Origin: Mobula hypostoma
Taxonomy: Eukaryota
Reading direction: 5' to 3'
NCBI RefSeq assembly: GCF_963921235.1
Contig: NC_086097.1
Span: forward strand, 94,428,001-94,492,000
DNA: 64,000 nt
Part shown: positions 25,622-39,024 of the stretch, piece after piece
How the letters are laid out: each line of letters begins with the position of its first letter
How positions within the stretch are numbered: the first letter of the stretch is position 1
The notes under the pieces: generated by a model
What the model saw: only the letters and a program-made list of their open reading frames with translations
The model's database searches: none
Told to the model about the DNA's origin: nothing
Program-made: the position numbers and the translations under genes

Positions 25622-26629
25622 TGTTATCAAAACTGCTGGCACGCAGCTGGTGCATAATTGTAGACTACAGCCCCAGCTTTCATCCTAAACATGTTCAGAG
25701 TGGAAGGGAAACAGTTGAAATCTTTTACGGTGATTCACTTAGAAAGAAGAGAGAAAACACACACACATGCCAGACAATGGGAAAGCATGAAAGTCTCAGG
25801 TTTCATCCATCACCTGTTAGATGTGTGTTAAGTGATTACACAGCTTGTTTGAACCAACCGGTGACTCTCTCACCCCTCCACCCCACCTCCTATTGAGGCC
25901 AGACAGCTTCTGGGGAAGTTGTTAAAGACAGAGCAGGTTTCTCTGTTGTTACTGGGCCTTTGAAGATGTGGGTGGCTGAAGGAGGGATTATATAGTAAAC
26001 AGGGAGAAGACTTAGGAACATGAGCCCCCTTCTCCAGGAAGCTCAATTACCTTCCCATCTGTTTTAAGAATAAGTTAAGCGTCTCAATTAAAAACCCAGC
26101 TGTCAGTTCACAACCTCTGGAGCCGAAATTGCATTAGCTGGAAAGTCGCTCCCCCCATCCACACTCTAGCTGAGAGTTAGTTCTGTGCACTCCCATTCTG
26201 TCCCATACAGCCTCCCCTTTAGGGTATTCCCATGCAACAGGATGGGCTGATTGTTACAACTGCACCCCTGACGCCATGACTGGAGTACTGGGCACACTTC
26301 TGATCCCATCAGCTAGTGCAGAAGCAGTCTGGAATTCAACAGGCTATTTGCCGGGATGAGGGATTCCCAGTCAAGGGCTGAGAAAGTTGGACCTACAGTG
26401 GCCTTATTGAAACATATGTCAATTAGTTTATTGTTGTCACCTGTACCAAGATACAGTGAAAAACAGTATTGCAAGCTATGTGTACAGATCATTACAACGC
26501 TTTAGTGCACCGAGGGTGTAGAAAGGAAAAACAGTAACAGATTGCAGAAAAGAGTGCAACAGTTACAGAGAAAGTGCAGTGCAGGCTGAGGTCAACCATC
26601 CAGCTCATCGTACCAGGTATTGTTCAACA

Positions 26630-29100
26630 GTCCTACAAGACCGTAAGACATATGAGCAGAATTAGGCCATTCAGCCCATCGAGTCTGCTCTGCCATTTAA
26701 TCTGCTCTGCTCTGATTTATTTGCTCTCTCAACCCCATCTCCAGACTTCTCCCTGTAACCTTTGACACCCTGACTAATCAAGAACCCATGAATCTCTGCT
26801 TTAAATATACTCAATAACTTGCCCTCCACAGCCAACTGTGTTAATGAATTCCACAGATTCACCATTCTCTGAGTAACGAAAGTCCTCCTCATCTCCATTC
26901 TAAAGGGACGTCCTACTATTCTGAGCTGTGCTCTCTGGTCTGAGACTCTCATACTTTTGAAAACATTTTCTCCACACCTATGACCTAGGTAGAGTGGGTG
27001 AGGAGAGGATTATCTACTTAGAGCAGATAATGTGGATTTCCTGGTGAATCTGTGGAATTCATTGCCACAGGTGGCTACCTAAGTCCCTTTCACCTTGGAT
27101 ATCTGAATTTTTTGGCTGTTTAGAAAATAGTCTATGCTCTTGTCCCTTTTACTAAAGTGCATGACACCATATTCCATCTGCCACTTCTTTGTCCATTCTC
27201 CAAATCTATCTAAGTTCTTCTACAGTCTTCCTGCTTTGTCAGCATTACTTGCCCCTCCACCTATCTACATATTGTCTGCAAACTTGACCACAAAGTCATA
27301 AACTCCATCATCCAAATCATTGACATCTAACGTAAAAAGCAGTCCCAATACCAGCCCGAGGAACAAAACTTGTCACCAGCAGCCAATCTGAAAAGGATCC
27401 CTTATTTGCCCTCTGCCTCCTGCAACTAAGCAAGTGGTTAATATAATCTAGTATCATTCCTGCAATGCCATGGTTCTCACCTTGTTAAGAAGCTTTATGT
27501 ACATCACCTTGCCAAAGGCCTTCTGAAAATCCAAGTACACAACATCCACTGATTCTCCTTTGTCTATCCTGCTTGTTAGTTCTTCAGAGAATTCCAACAG
27601 ATTTGTCAGGCAAGGTTAAGGAAACCATGCTGACTTTGGCCTATTTCATCATGTGCCTTTAACTACTCTGAGACCTCATCCTTGATAATCAGCTCCAACA
27701 TCTTCTGAACCACTGGGGTCAGGTTAACTGTCCGACAACCTCCCCTCCTTCCTTTCGTCTCTCCCTTCTTGAAGAGTGGAGTGACATTTCCAATTTTCTA
27801 GTCCTCCAAAACAATGCCAGAATCTAGTGATTCCTGAAGATCGTTACTAATGAGTCCATAATCTCCTCAGCTACCTCCTTCAGAACACTAGGGTGTAGTC
27901 CATCATGTCCAGGTGACCTACCTATCAGCTTCCCAAGCAATTTCTCCTTAGTAATAGCAACCGCTCTCGCTTCTGCGAGAGCAACAATCTCCAACTTCCG
28001 GGATACTGCTAGAGTCTTCCACAGTGAAGACTAATGCAAAATACTTATTTAGTTCATCTGCCATTCCCATGTTCCCGATTAGTACCTCTCCAGCGTCACT
28101 TTCCAGTCATCCGATATCTACTCTCACCTCTCTTGCCCTCTATATATCTGAAAAAACCCTCAGCACCCTCCTTGATATCATTGGCCAGCTTACATTCATA
28201 TTTCCCCCTTATGGCTTTTTTAGTTGCCTTCTGTTCATTTTTAAAATCTTCCCAATCCTTTAATTTCTTATTAATTTTTGCTCTACTACATGCTCTCTCG
28301 TTGGCTTTTATGCTGCTTTTGACTTTTCTTGTCAGCCATGGTTGTGTCATCCTGCCTTTAGAATACTGGTTCTTTTTTGGGATGTATCTATCCTGTGCCT
28401 TCCAAATTTTCTCCCAGTAACTCCAGCCATTGCTATCCTGCCATCATCCCTGTCAGTGTTCCCTTCTGACCAATGTTGGCCAACTCCTCTCCCATGCCCC
28501 TGTAATTCCCTTTACTCTACTGTAATACTGATACATCTGACTTTAGCTTCGCCCTCTCAAATTGCAGGGTGAAGTCTATCATATCATGATAAAGCCTTTC
28601 TAGGTGTTCCTTCACCTTAAGCTCCCTGATCAAATCTAGTTCACTACATAACACCCAGTCCAGAAGAGACTTTCCCCTAGTGGGTTCAACCACAAGCTGC
28701 TCTAAAAGCCATCTTGTAGACATTCTACAAATTCTCTCTCTTGGGATCCATCCTCTATGAACATACTGAAATCCCTCATGATGATTGTAACATTGCCCTT
28801 TTTGCATGCCTTTTCTGTCTCCTGTTGCAATTTGTAGCCCAATCTTGGCTACTGTTTGGAGGCCTACATACAATTCCTAACAAGGTCGTTTTAACCCTTG
28901 CAGATTCTTAACTCTACCTACAAGGACTCTACAGCTTCCGATCCTATGTCACCTCTTTCTGAAGACATGATTTCATTATTTTGTTTTAAACCAAAAGAGC
29001 CACCCCACCCCCTCTGCCAACCTGCCTGTCCTTTTGACACAATCCATATCCTTAGATGTTAAGCTCAGAACTACTTTCTTCTTTCAGCCATAACTCAGAG
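26630..29100 (-). mobile_element. CR1 LINE, long degenerate fragment (endonuclease to 3' end, with deletions)
   Basis: Remnants EPTRGKSLLDWVLC (28517..28873), QPWLTRKVK (28096..28350) and FVTQRMVNLWNSL (26671..26952). Confidence 0.85.
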
Positions 29101-29104
29101 ATGA

Positions 29105-30530
29105 CCATCTTTCAAGAGGGTGAAGCCTCAAAAGGCATCATGCCCTGGTATACCTGGTAGGGCACTGAAAACCTGTGCCAACCAGGTGGGAGGAGTGTTC
29201 AAGGACATCTTCAAACTCTCACTACTGCAGTCAGAGGTTTCCACCTGCTTCAAAAGGGCAATAATCATATCAGTGCCCAAGAAGAGCAGAGTGAGCGGCT
29301 TCAATGACTATCACCCAGTTGCACTCACATCACCGTGATGAAGTGCCATGGCCAGAATCAGCTCTTGCCTGAGCAAGGGCCTGGACCCACTTCAATTTGA
29401 CTATCACCATAACGGGTCTATAGGGATGCAATCTCACTAGCTCTCCACTTGGCCTTGGATTACCTGGTCAATAGTAATACCTACATTAGGCTGCTGTTTA
29501 TTGATTACAACTCAGGGATCAACACCATCATACCCTCAGTTCCAATCAACAAGCTTCAGAGGCCTCTGTACCTCCCTCTGAAACTGGATCCTAGACTTCC
29601 TCTTGGGAGTCCACAATCTGTGCGGATCAGAAATAACATTTCATCCTCACTGACAATCAACATTGGTGCACCTCAAGGATGTGTGCTTAGCCCACTGCTC
29701 TACTCTCTCTATACCCACAACTGTGTGGCTAGGCAGAGCTCAAACACCATTCTATAAATTTGCCGATGGTACAACTACTGTTGGCAGAATTTCAGAAGGT
29801 GATGAGAAGGCGTACAAAAGCAAGATAGCTCAGCAGGTTGAGTGGTGTCGCAATTAACAACCTCACACTCAACACCAGTAAGACCAAGGAATTCAAAAAG
29901 GGGAAGTCGACAGAACACATACCTGTCCTCATCGAGGGATCAGAAGTGGAACGGATGAGCAGTTTCAAGTTCCTGGGTGTCAGCATCTCTGAGGATCTAT
30001 CCTGGGCCCGACACGTTGATGCAGCTACGAAGAACTCATGATAGTTGCTATGTTTCTTTTCGGAGTTTGAGGGTACTTGGTATGTCACCAAAGACTCTTA
30101 CAAATTTCTACAGGTATACTGTGGAGAACATTCTAACTGGTTATATCATCGTCTGGCATGGAGGGGCCACTGCACAGGATCGGAAAAAAACTGCAGGAAG
30201 TTGTAAACTCAGCCAGCTCCACAATGGACATTAGCCTCCCTAGCATTGAGAACATCTTCAAAAGGTGACACCTCAAAAAGGCGGCATTAATCACCAAGGA
30301 CTCCCATCTCCCAGGACAAACCCTATTCTCATTGCTGCCATCGAGGTGCAGCCACAGGAGCCTAAAGACACACACTCGTTGTTTCAGGACCAGCTTCTTC
30401 CCCTCCACCATCAGATTTCTGAATGGACAATAAACTCATATACACTACCTCAATATTCCTCCCCCTCTTTTTGCACTACATATTTAAGTTAAATACCTAT
30501 TTCTTATTATAATTTATAGTTTTTTTTATT
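29105..30530 (+). mobile_element. Rex1/Babar-type LINE (RT to 3' UTR)
   Basis: [53 protein letters not shown] and SFKFLGV. Confidence 0.9.
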
Positions 30531-30532
30531 AC

Positions 30533-30840
30533 GTAGGGGATTCGCAGCCCATTCTTTAGCCAGAGCCTTCAGCAATTTGGGCATCGAGGGAGAGAGGAAG
30601 AGGAGAGCCATCCGTAGTACCACCGATGCAGCACAGAGGGCCTCAAGATGGCTGTGGCTCAAAAGAGGGGAGCCATGAAGTCATAAGTAGCTAGCCATCT
30701 GGACACAAGCTGGGGTCTGATCAGCCCCGGCTGGGTCACCTGGAGGAGGTTGTATGATGTTGAAAGACCTGAAACACCCGATGATTCCAGGAACATCACT
30801 GAAGATGTGTCCAGAGGCATCAGTAGAGGTATGTACACAG
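30533..30840 (+). mobile_element. HERO-type (restriction-like endonuclease) non-LTR retrotransposon 3' end
   Basis: Frame from 30535 reads RGFAAHSLARAFSNLGIEGERKRRAIRSTTDAAQRASRWLWLKRGEP*, matching the recalled HERO C-terminus (CRGF...AERASRWLWxKR). It is followed by a structured 3'UTR and interrupts the Rex 3'UTR. Confidence 0.8.
30698..30815 (+). ncRNA. Candidate non-circularly permuted (pseudoknotted) hammerhead ribozyme in the HERO 3'UTR
   Basis: GTA^TGATGTT (30752-30761), GAAA-CACCC (30771-30779) and AACATCA-CTGAAGA (30792-30805), with complementary helices; see findings. Confidence 0.6.
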
Positions 30841-31924
30841 CGTGCATTGCACTTTACTGCTGCTGCAAAACAACAAACTTCACGACATATGCCGGTGATA
30901 TTAAACACATTTCTGAATGACAGCCAGGAGGATACAAGGTAAAGAATTTCTAACGGGAGGTGACCCAGAAATAGCTGCTGCAGTGTTTCATTCTGGGAAA
31001 AATAGAACAAATTGATTCACTTGATACTGAAAAATGAACAGTGTTAGATAATCAACAATTGTTTCAAAGCCTTTAGTATTATTTTAACGCCAAAACCTTC
31101 ACAACTTCAGTCCCTCCTCTCCAAAGCTTCTATAGTCCAACCAACATTTGCATGTCTAGTCTCCCTCCTACTCCTTCTCATCACTCAGCACTGGTGACTG
31201 CGCCTTTTGCTGCCAAGATTCCCTCCCTACACCCCTCTCAGTCTCTCTAACGCACTTGGTCCTTTTAGAAACTCTTGCCACTTGTTGTAAAACTTTGATC
31301 TCAGCCCCGTCTCTCCCATTCTTTTCCTCCAAGTTTCTCCCACTGCTGCCTCCTCATTTCTAAAGCAAGGTAGTCCTTAGAAAGGCCCTTAATGAGCAGC
31401 AACATCTTGCATTGCTGTAACATCTTAGACAAAATTAAATACTCAAGATGCTTCAGCAGATTTTAAACACACAAGGCTGACACCAGGTCCATTAACCTGC
31501 AGATTTCCTCCCACTCCCCAGAGACACAAGGGTTGTTGGGTTAATTGACAGCTGTAATTGTCCATTGTGTGGAGGTGGGAGTGGCTGATAGGCTGTAGGG
31601 ATAGTCAGTGGGAATGGGATCGTTCTGTGAGCTGGCATTTAATAGACTAAATGGTCTCATTCGATGTCTTGGGGAAATCTGGGAAGTGGAACAAAAATCA
31701 AGGTTACAGTTTGTATTAGGTCGACAGTCACGAGAGATGAATTAGGCTCTCTACCTGGGACAGAGCTGAAACAAACTGGAGTTGTAAAACCCCCTGACTG
31801 GCCATCACTAAATCAAATTACTCCATAAAGGAGCCACAGAGACAAGACATTTCTTGTGATACTTCTCAGGAGATCAAATTCCTTTTTAAATCCACCCCCC
31901 TTTCCTCCCTGCAGTTTTGGAACT

Positions 31925-34170
31925 AGACCACAAGACCACAAGATATAGGAGCAGAATTAGGCCGTTTGGCCCATCGAGTTTGCTCTGCCATTTCATCAAG
32001 GCTGATCCAATTTCCCTCTCAGCCCCAATCTCCTGCCTTCTCCCCATATCCCCTTCAAGCCCTGGCCAATCAAGAATCTATCAACCTCTGCTTTAAATAT
32101 ACAAAAAGACTTGTCCTTGACAGCTGCCTGTGGCAAGGAATTCCACAGATTCACCACTCTCTAGCTAAAGAAATTCCTCCTCATCTCCACTCTGAAAGGG
32201 ATGCCCCTCTATTCAGAGTCTGCGTCCTCTGGTCTTGACTCTCCTACCATAGGAAACACCCTCTCCACATCCACTCATCAAAACCTTTCACCATTCAATA
32301 GGTTTTAATGAGGCCAACCCTGATTCTTCTGAATTCTAGTGAATACAGGCCCAGACTCTTCATATGACAAACCATTCAAACCTGAAATCATTCTCGTGAA
32401 TCTCTTTTGAACCCTCTTCAGTGTCCGCACATCCTTTCTAAGATAAGGGGCCCAAAACTGCTCACAATACTCCAAGTGAGGCCTCACCAGTGCTTTATAA
32501 AGTCTCAACATTACATCCTTGCTTTTATATTCTAGTTCTCTTGAAATGAATGCTAACATTGCATTTGCCTTTCTCACCACAGATATTAAGATCTCTGCTA
32601 AAATCTTGTTTTAGCCATGATTCAGTGATGCCTACAACATCATACCTGCCAATCTGCAACTGTGCTGCAAGTTCATCTACCTTATTCCGTGTACTGCGCG
32701 GTTTCAGATACAACACCCTGTATTCACCCTTTTCAATTTTGTCTGCCTTTTACATTGCAAGTCATCCTGTTGACTGCAATTTTGCCCTGTCAACAGCCTC
32801 TCCTCACTACACATTGCCTCTGTTTGCAAAGCAGCTACCTCATCGTCAGCACTATTATCCGCCTTTCCTACGATACTTGTTGCATTGAAATATATGCAGT
32901 TCAGGACACTAGTCGTACCACACTCACCTTTTAATTCCTAACTTTGTCTGAGGTCTTACCAACATCTGCTTGTACAATCTCTCCACTAACTGTTCTGGCG
33001 CTCTGGTTCCCATCCCCCTGCAACTCTAGTTTAAACCCCACTGTGCAGCATTAACAAACCTTCCCGCTAGGATATTAGTCTCCCTCCAATTCGGGTGCAA
33101 GCTTTCCCTTCTGTATAGGCTCCACCTTCCCTGAAAGGGAGCCCAAGGATCCAAAAACCTTATGCCCTCCCTCCTAGCCACATATTAAACTGTATAATCT
33201 TCCTAGTTCTGGCCTTAGTAGCACGTGGCACAGGTAGAGATCCTGAGATCACAAAAAACCCTGGAGGTTCTGCCCTTTAACTTAGCACCTTAATTCCCTG
33301 AACTCCCTATGCAGAACCTCATCACTCATCCTACCCATGTCACTGGTACCGACCTGGACCATGACTTCTGGCTGTTCACTTAATGCCTCCCACTTAATGC
33401 TGAAAACTCAACCTGAGATACCCCTGGCCCTGGCACCCGGGGGAAGCAACATACCATCCGGTAATCTACAAACGTAGTTCTTGTCCAAAGAACCTCCTGT
33501 CTCTTCTACAAACTAATGAAATCCCTACCACTAGAGCATACCTCTTCTTCTCTCCCCCCCCCCCCCCCACCGCTTCTGAGTCACAGAGACAGACACGGTG
33601 CCAGAGAACGAAACACTGTGATTTTCCACTGTTAGGTCAACACCCCCCCCCCCCCCCCCACCAACAGTATCCAAAGTGATATACCTGTTGTTGAGGGGGA
33701 TGGACACAGGGGTACTCTGTAATGGCCCCTTAACCCATTTCCCCTTCCTGTCACCCAGTTTCCCGTGTCCTGCACCTTGGGTGTAACGACCTCTCTATAT
33801 GTCCTACCTATCACCCCCTCAGCCTCCCGAATTATCCGGAGTTCATCCAGTTCCAGTTCCAGCTCCAACTGCTTAACGCAGTTTGTTAGAAGTTGCAGCT
33901 GGATGCACTTCTCACAGTTGTAGTTGTCATGGTCACTGGAGGTCTCCCTGCCTTCCCACATCCTGCAAGAGGAGCATTCCACTGTCCTGCCTGGCATCTC
34001 TACTGTCCTAGATGAGCAGATATAAAGGGAAGGGAAGGGAAAAAAAAACTTAACCCAGAGCTTTTATTTTCCTTTGCTTTCTCTGACTGAAGCCTCTTTT
34101 GGCTGAAGCCTTGAAGAGCTAAAACCTCAAGATCACCACTCTGACTCTGTCCGCTCAGATGACCGCCACT
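31925..34170 (-). mobile_element. CR1 LINE retaining 5' end, ORF1 and 3' end, with most of ORF2 deleted
   Basis: ORF1 zinc finger/leucine zipper (ECSSCRMW..NCEKCIQLQLL, 33632..33997). The APE start (RNKVDEL..YDVVGITESWL) is joined at about 32582 to post-RT sequence (KANAMLAFI..RPHLEYC). Confidence 0.85.
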
Positions 34171-34739
34171 GTTCTTTTCATTATGGTCAGGTGAGTTACT
34201 ACTATTGCCCAGTGCCTGATTCTCCCAAAAGAGAGAAGCTGCATCATAATAAAAAATCAGAAAGTGCTTAAAGGTCTCAGCAGGTCAGGCAGCATCTGAT
34301 GAGCTTGGGAAAACTTGGCCCAAAACACATGTCAGAGTAGAGAGAGAGGTGGACAATCTGAACAGCTTTTTAAGGGGAAGCAAAAGGTTGTAAACAAAGC
34401 AATGAATGAAAGACCTCAAGCACCACCTTCCTTTCCTCATCAGATTAGTCACCCGCTGCCCTTTCTTGCCTCTTGTGGCTCTCTTTAGGAAGTTAGCAGA
34501 GCACTGCCTAAGAACCTCAAGGTTGGGATAAAAGAGGATTAAAAGGCTTTATTTTAAAGCGGCACATCCACATCCAAATATCCCCTCCCTCCAGGCCATG
34601 TCACCATTTTGCAGCTACAATCAGGCAGAGGAATCTAAAGTCCCACACAGCAATTTCCCTTCAACTGTTCAGTTCTTGAACTGACTGGCTCAAACCTAAT
34701 CACAACTTAGCAACACCGGGGCCCTTTGGCAACCTTATG

Positions 34740-34975
34740 ATTGCCCCACCTGGCCTCACCTATCATCTTCTAGCTATCCTCCTCCTCCTCCTCCTCCTCC
34801 TCTCCCCCGACTTTTTATTCTGGCATCTTGCTCCTTCCTTTCCAGTCCTGACGAAGGGTGTCAGCCCGAAACGACGGCTACTTATTAATTTCAATGGATA
34901 CTGCCTGACCTGCTGAGTTCCTCCAGCATTTTGTGTGCGCTGCTCTGGATTTCCAACATCTGCAGACTTTCCATG
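34740..34975 (+). mobile_element. PLE 3' fragment with a mutated hammerhead (34844-34879)
   Basis: AGTC-CTGACGA-AGGGTGTCAGCCC-GAAAC-GAC-GGCT: the cleavage triplet is GAC instead of GTC. (TCC)n tract at about 34777-34801. Confidence 0.75.
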
Positions 34976-35672
34976 ACTATGATCACTTTGCATTAAAATG
35001 GACTAGTTTTTTTTGTTCTAATTGTGTTCTTTCTTGTAGAAAAAAAGTGTTTATTCTACATTTATGTTCTCTTGTGAATGTTGTGTACTTACACTATGTA
35101 CCTGTGAGGCTGCTGCAGGTAAGTTTTTCATCGTACCTGTGCACATGACAATAAACTCAACTTTGACCTTGAGTATTTCAGGCATCAGCCCACTATCCCT
35201 TGCAGCTGAAATGGGAGGGAGGGGTGAAGAAAACCTGGACACCAGACAGGCAATGGGGGAGGGGGTAGAGATTGAAAAGAATAATTAGGACATTAGTGGG
35301 TACTTTGGAGACAAAGTGGATGAAAGTCCCTCTGCGATGCTCCGGTGTAGGAAATGAAAAGTAGGAAATGAATCAGGTCACTGGCGGCTACCCAGTCAAA
35401 TTCACAAACTGACTTGAGAATGTTCTTCATCATACCTTCAACCAGATGAAACAAAACCAGTTGCCTAATGTTTAGAAGAAATTCAATCTCAGGGAGCACT
35501 TGTCCTTTGCTCAGCTTTCAGCCGACCCTGTCACCTTTTACCCTCTGCATTACCTAGGATGTAGCCTGACAAAGGTCAGGAGAGATTTCCGCTGAATGCA
35601 ATTCTTATTCCTTCCCTTAGTGCTGCTGCCTTTTTCATTACCACTGCATTGGCAGCATTCTCTTCCTTGGTT

Positions 35673-35964
35673 TTTGGATTAAAGTCTGTCACAAGCCTTG
35701 TGGTCCATCAGGCTGGTGCTTATGCCGGTTTCCGTGGCGTGAAGTGACTGAGAGTCCGAGACTCCCCCCCCAGATAGGATGCCAGTCTATCGCGAGGTTA
35801 ACCCCCAGCATTTTTTTGCCAGGACCCATTCTCAGCTGGGTAGACTGGAGCATTGTGTGGTTAAGTGCCTTGCTCAAGGACACACACGCTGCCTCGGCCG
35901 AGGCTTGAACCCACGACCTTCAGATCACTAGTCCAACGCCCCAACCACTTGGCCACGCACCACA
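35673..35964 (-). mobile_element. tRNA-derived SINE, family A
   Basis: A box TGGCCAAGTGG, B box GGTTCAAGCC; 13-bp TSD CTCTTCCTTGGTT at 35660-35672 and 35965-35977. Confidence 0.9.
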
Positions 35965-38900
35965 CTCTTCCTTGGTTGGGCAGCTGGTAAGACCCTGTCC
36001 TTCCCTCTTGTCTCATTAGTGCCTAACCAGCTCCACTTCCCCTCAGCACTCCTTTTCCCTTTCTGCATGTTCCAAATCCTTTTAGGTTTATTTTTCAGTT
36101 AGTTCCTCAACTATTCCCATTCTGTCTCGGTTAGCTTTTTACAACCAGTCCTACACTTTAGTCTTCAGTCCTGGACACCCGAATGGAACATAGTAGGCAA
36201 TGCGAGGAGAAACAAATAATACAAATTTTAAAGTGCGAAGCAGGAAAAAAAAACAAAGCAACCGGGAGGACGAAATTGCTTTTTCAAGCTTCATTTTTCT
36301 GTCTCATTCAGAATTAGATAACACATTAATTCTGTAAGCCTTCCCTTTGCCCTCATGAGAATGTGCTCAAAGCCCATTGCTGATTACTAATTCACTAACA
36401 AATCGAAGCTACCCGGGCCTGATCTCTGAATTATCCCTCTGCCAGTTCACTATTTTTATGCTTGTCTATTCTCTTAACCCTCCTGAAGCTATTCTAGCAA
36501 TATTATGATCACTCTTCCCCAACTACTATCCCGCTCAAACTTACATTTCCTTCCATGTTAGCCCAGTAAATGAAGTTTTTAGGAATTCATATTCCCGAAA
36601 TTCCAAATTCAGTTTTAAAAAAAAATTGGTTTTCTTGGGTTTCTAACTTTGGAAGTTAGGATTCCAAACTGAGAATTCTATTCCAAACTGTATTCAATTC
36701 CCACTCTTTGTCCTTTCTACTGTTAGCACACCTCCTGTATCAGGATAATGGAAGTTTGGCATGGCGACTACTTTCTCCTTCCTGCTGACTGGGGGCCTAC
36801 TCTGCTCACTCATTTATCTCTAAAGAAGCAACGTCCCGTGTGATATTTGTATTTCAGTTACAGCTCTAATGTACTAAACCATCCAAAGTGCTTCCTAGGA
36901 ATGTAATAAAAACCAGCAATAGCGACTGCATTCACTTCTGTTCCCCCCCCCCCGCCCCCCAACACTCCAGAATTTCTGGCATACTGCTGGTGTCTTCCAC
37001 AGTGAAGACTGATGGAAAATACTTACTCAGTTTTCCCGCCATTCCTTTGTTCCCCAGTACTACCCCTCCATCATTTTCCAGTGGTTCAATGCCCACTTTT
37101 GCTTCTTTCACTCCATAAATATCAGAAAAAACTCAATCCCTCCAGTCCCCCCCAACTGAGTCCTCATAAATCTCCTCTGCACCTTTTAGCCTCTTTAAAG
37201 GCAAGAAAGAGAGATGCAGTAGGCTCGTAAGGCCCAGTGACCTGAAACAGGCTTGTTTTGCTGCTTCTTGCCTTCTGGGTGTCCTGCCGAGCATTGTGGG
37301 TACGCTATGTTGGTGCCAGATTGTGTGGCAACACCTATCGGCTGTCCCCAGCACATCCGAGGTCGTGTTGGTTGTTAACGCAGATGATGCATTTCACTGT
37401 CTGTTTTGATAAATAAATTCGAATCTGTGGTCTGGGCCTTTTGTACCGAGATGTCACGGCTAGCCCTGTGAAATGCCGTCACTCCCCCTGTGTTCAGCAC
37501 TGACACCAGACACTACATTCCAAGCTCCATATGGGAAGGGGTTCCCCAGTGGACAAAGGAAAAGATTCAAGGCAGTGTTCAAAGCCTCCTTGGATAACTA
37601 AAGAAAATGCAATATTGCCATTGGCCCAGGACTGTTTGAAGATTTGGGGATGGTCTTGAGAAGCTCAAGGACACAGATCAGAAGTACGTAGAGGCTGGGT
37701 GTGAGTGGCAGAAAGATCACACCTACTCACAAACTACACGCCCTCTGATGCCATTAGATACCCCGTCTCATCTGTGGCAAAGATCCCAATGGCCTTGGGC
37801 ACCTCAGAAGCCACAGAGACAGAATCAAAGCAAGCCACCTTTGAACCCCAGCAGATGCTCTGGATAATGAATTCAGTGCGGCAGTCAAAGGGTTCCTGGG
37901 TCAGATGGATTGTGAGACTCTCTGCTGCTTAGCTGTCCATTCATAGCCTATGCAATGGCCGCTGCAGAGGGGCGTGAGAGCCAGCAACTGGCATTTGACT
38001 ACTTGCAGCACATGTTTTACTTACACACACACAAACACACTTACTTTACAGATTAGTGTGCCCATGCTTGTCCCTTTAACACACAGGCTACTGCAGTTGG
38101 CTCTCTCGTAACCAAGGCTACGCGTGCCTTTGGAACTTATTTCATCACCAACTTTAACTCCATTGGACTCCCTTTGTCAAAGTACAGTTGAGCTCTGGGA
38201 ATGGATACTTCTCCTCCTCCAATACAAAAGGCCACTTCCATGGTACTCCGACCCACACTAGTTTAACCCCTGCTTTACCCAGTGCCTGCAAGCACAATAG
38301 GGATATTGTTCAGCCCACAATATGCTCTCTGAGATTATTCTCCTCTGCCACTTCCACAGGCTTCCTGGGAATTGAAATGTGACCTTCTGTATGTCAGCAA
38401 AGGAGTGGAGGGGGAGAACTGTGCACTGATGTGGCTGTAGTGATCTCTTAGTATGTCTACGCTGGCAGACAGCTATACACGTTACCAGAACATCCTGTGA
38501 AACCCTCAATTGTAGAAGTTTTATGTACACCGATAACGTCCATTGGTCTCATGTAATGATTACTATTCCAAAATAGCTTCTTGACTTGGACAAATTATCA
38601 TCTACTGCATTTGGTTCTGTGTAATTTCAGTTTCTAAACTTCATCCAAGATTTTCAAACTTTTCAGAGTCATGCATGAAGGATCTTGGAAAGACGAGGAA
38701 AGTGGGATGTTTCCTGTTTCACTACAGAGGTGGTTCAGGAGAAATTAAGTGCCTGGAAACGGGAAGGGAATGAAGGAGATGATCGAATGAGGTTGTATCC
38801 ACTGGGGGTTGGTAAACAGCAGAGACGAGGAGGTGACTGACATAGAAGGGGTGAGATGGAGGGCTCTAATGTCAGGATCCGAGAGAGGAGGATATATTCA

Positions 38901-39024
38901 CCCCACGACTGGCCTCAGATTGCCTCCCACACAAGCCACGTTTCCATTCATAGGGAGGACAAGGTATAAGGGTAGCACGGTAGCATAGTGGTTAGCACAA
39001 TGCTTTATAGTCCAGGCGACACAG

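Noticed and set aside
34844..34879. Active hammerhead
   Set aside because: The essential U of the NUH triplet is mutated (GAC), so it is recorded only as a decayed PLE motif.
35890..35964. tRNA gene
   Set aside because: The A/B boxes belong to a TSD-flanked SINE head; no complete cloverleaf.
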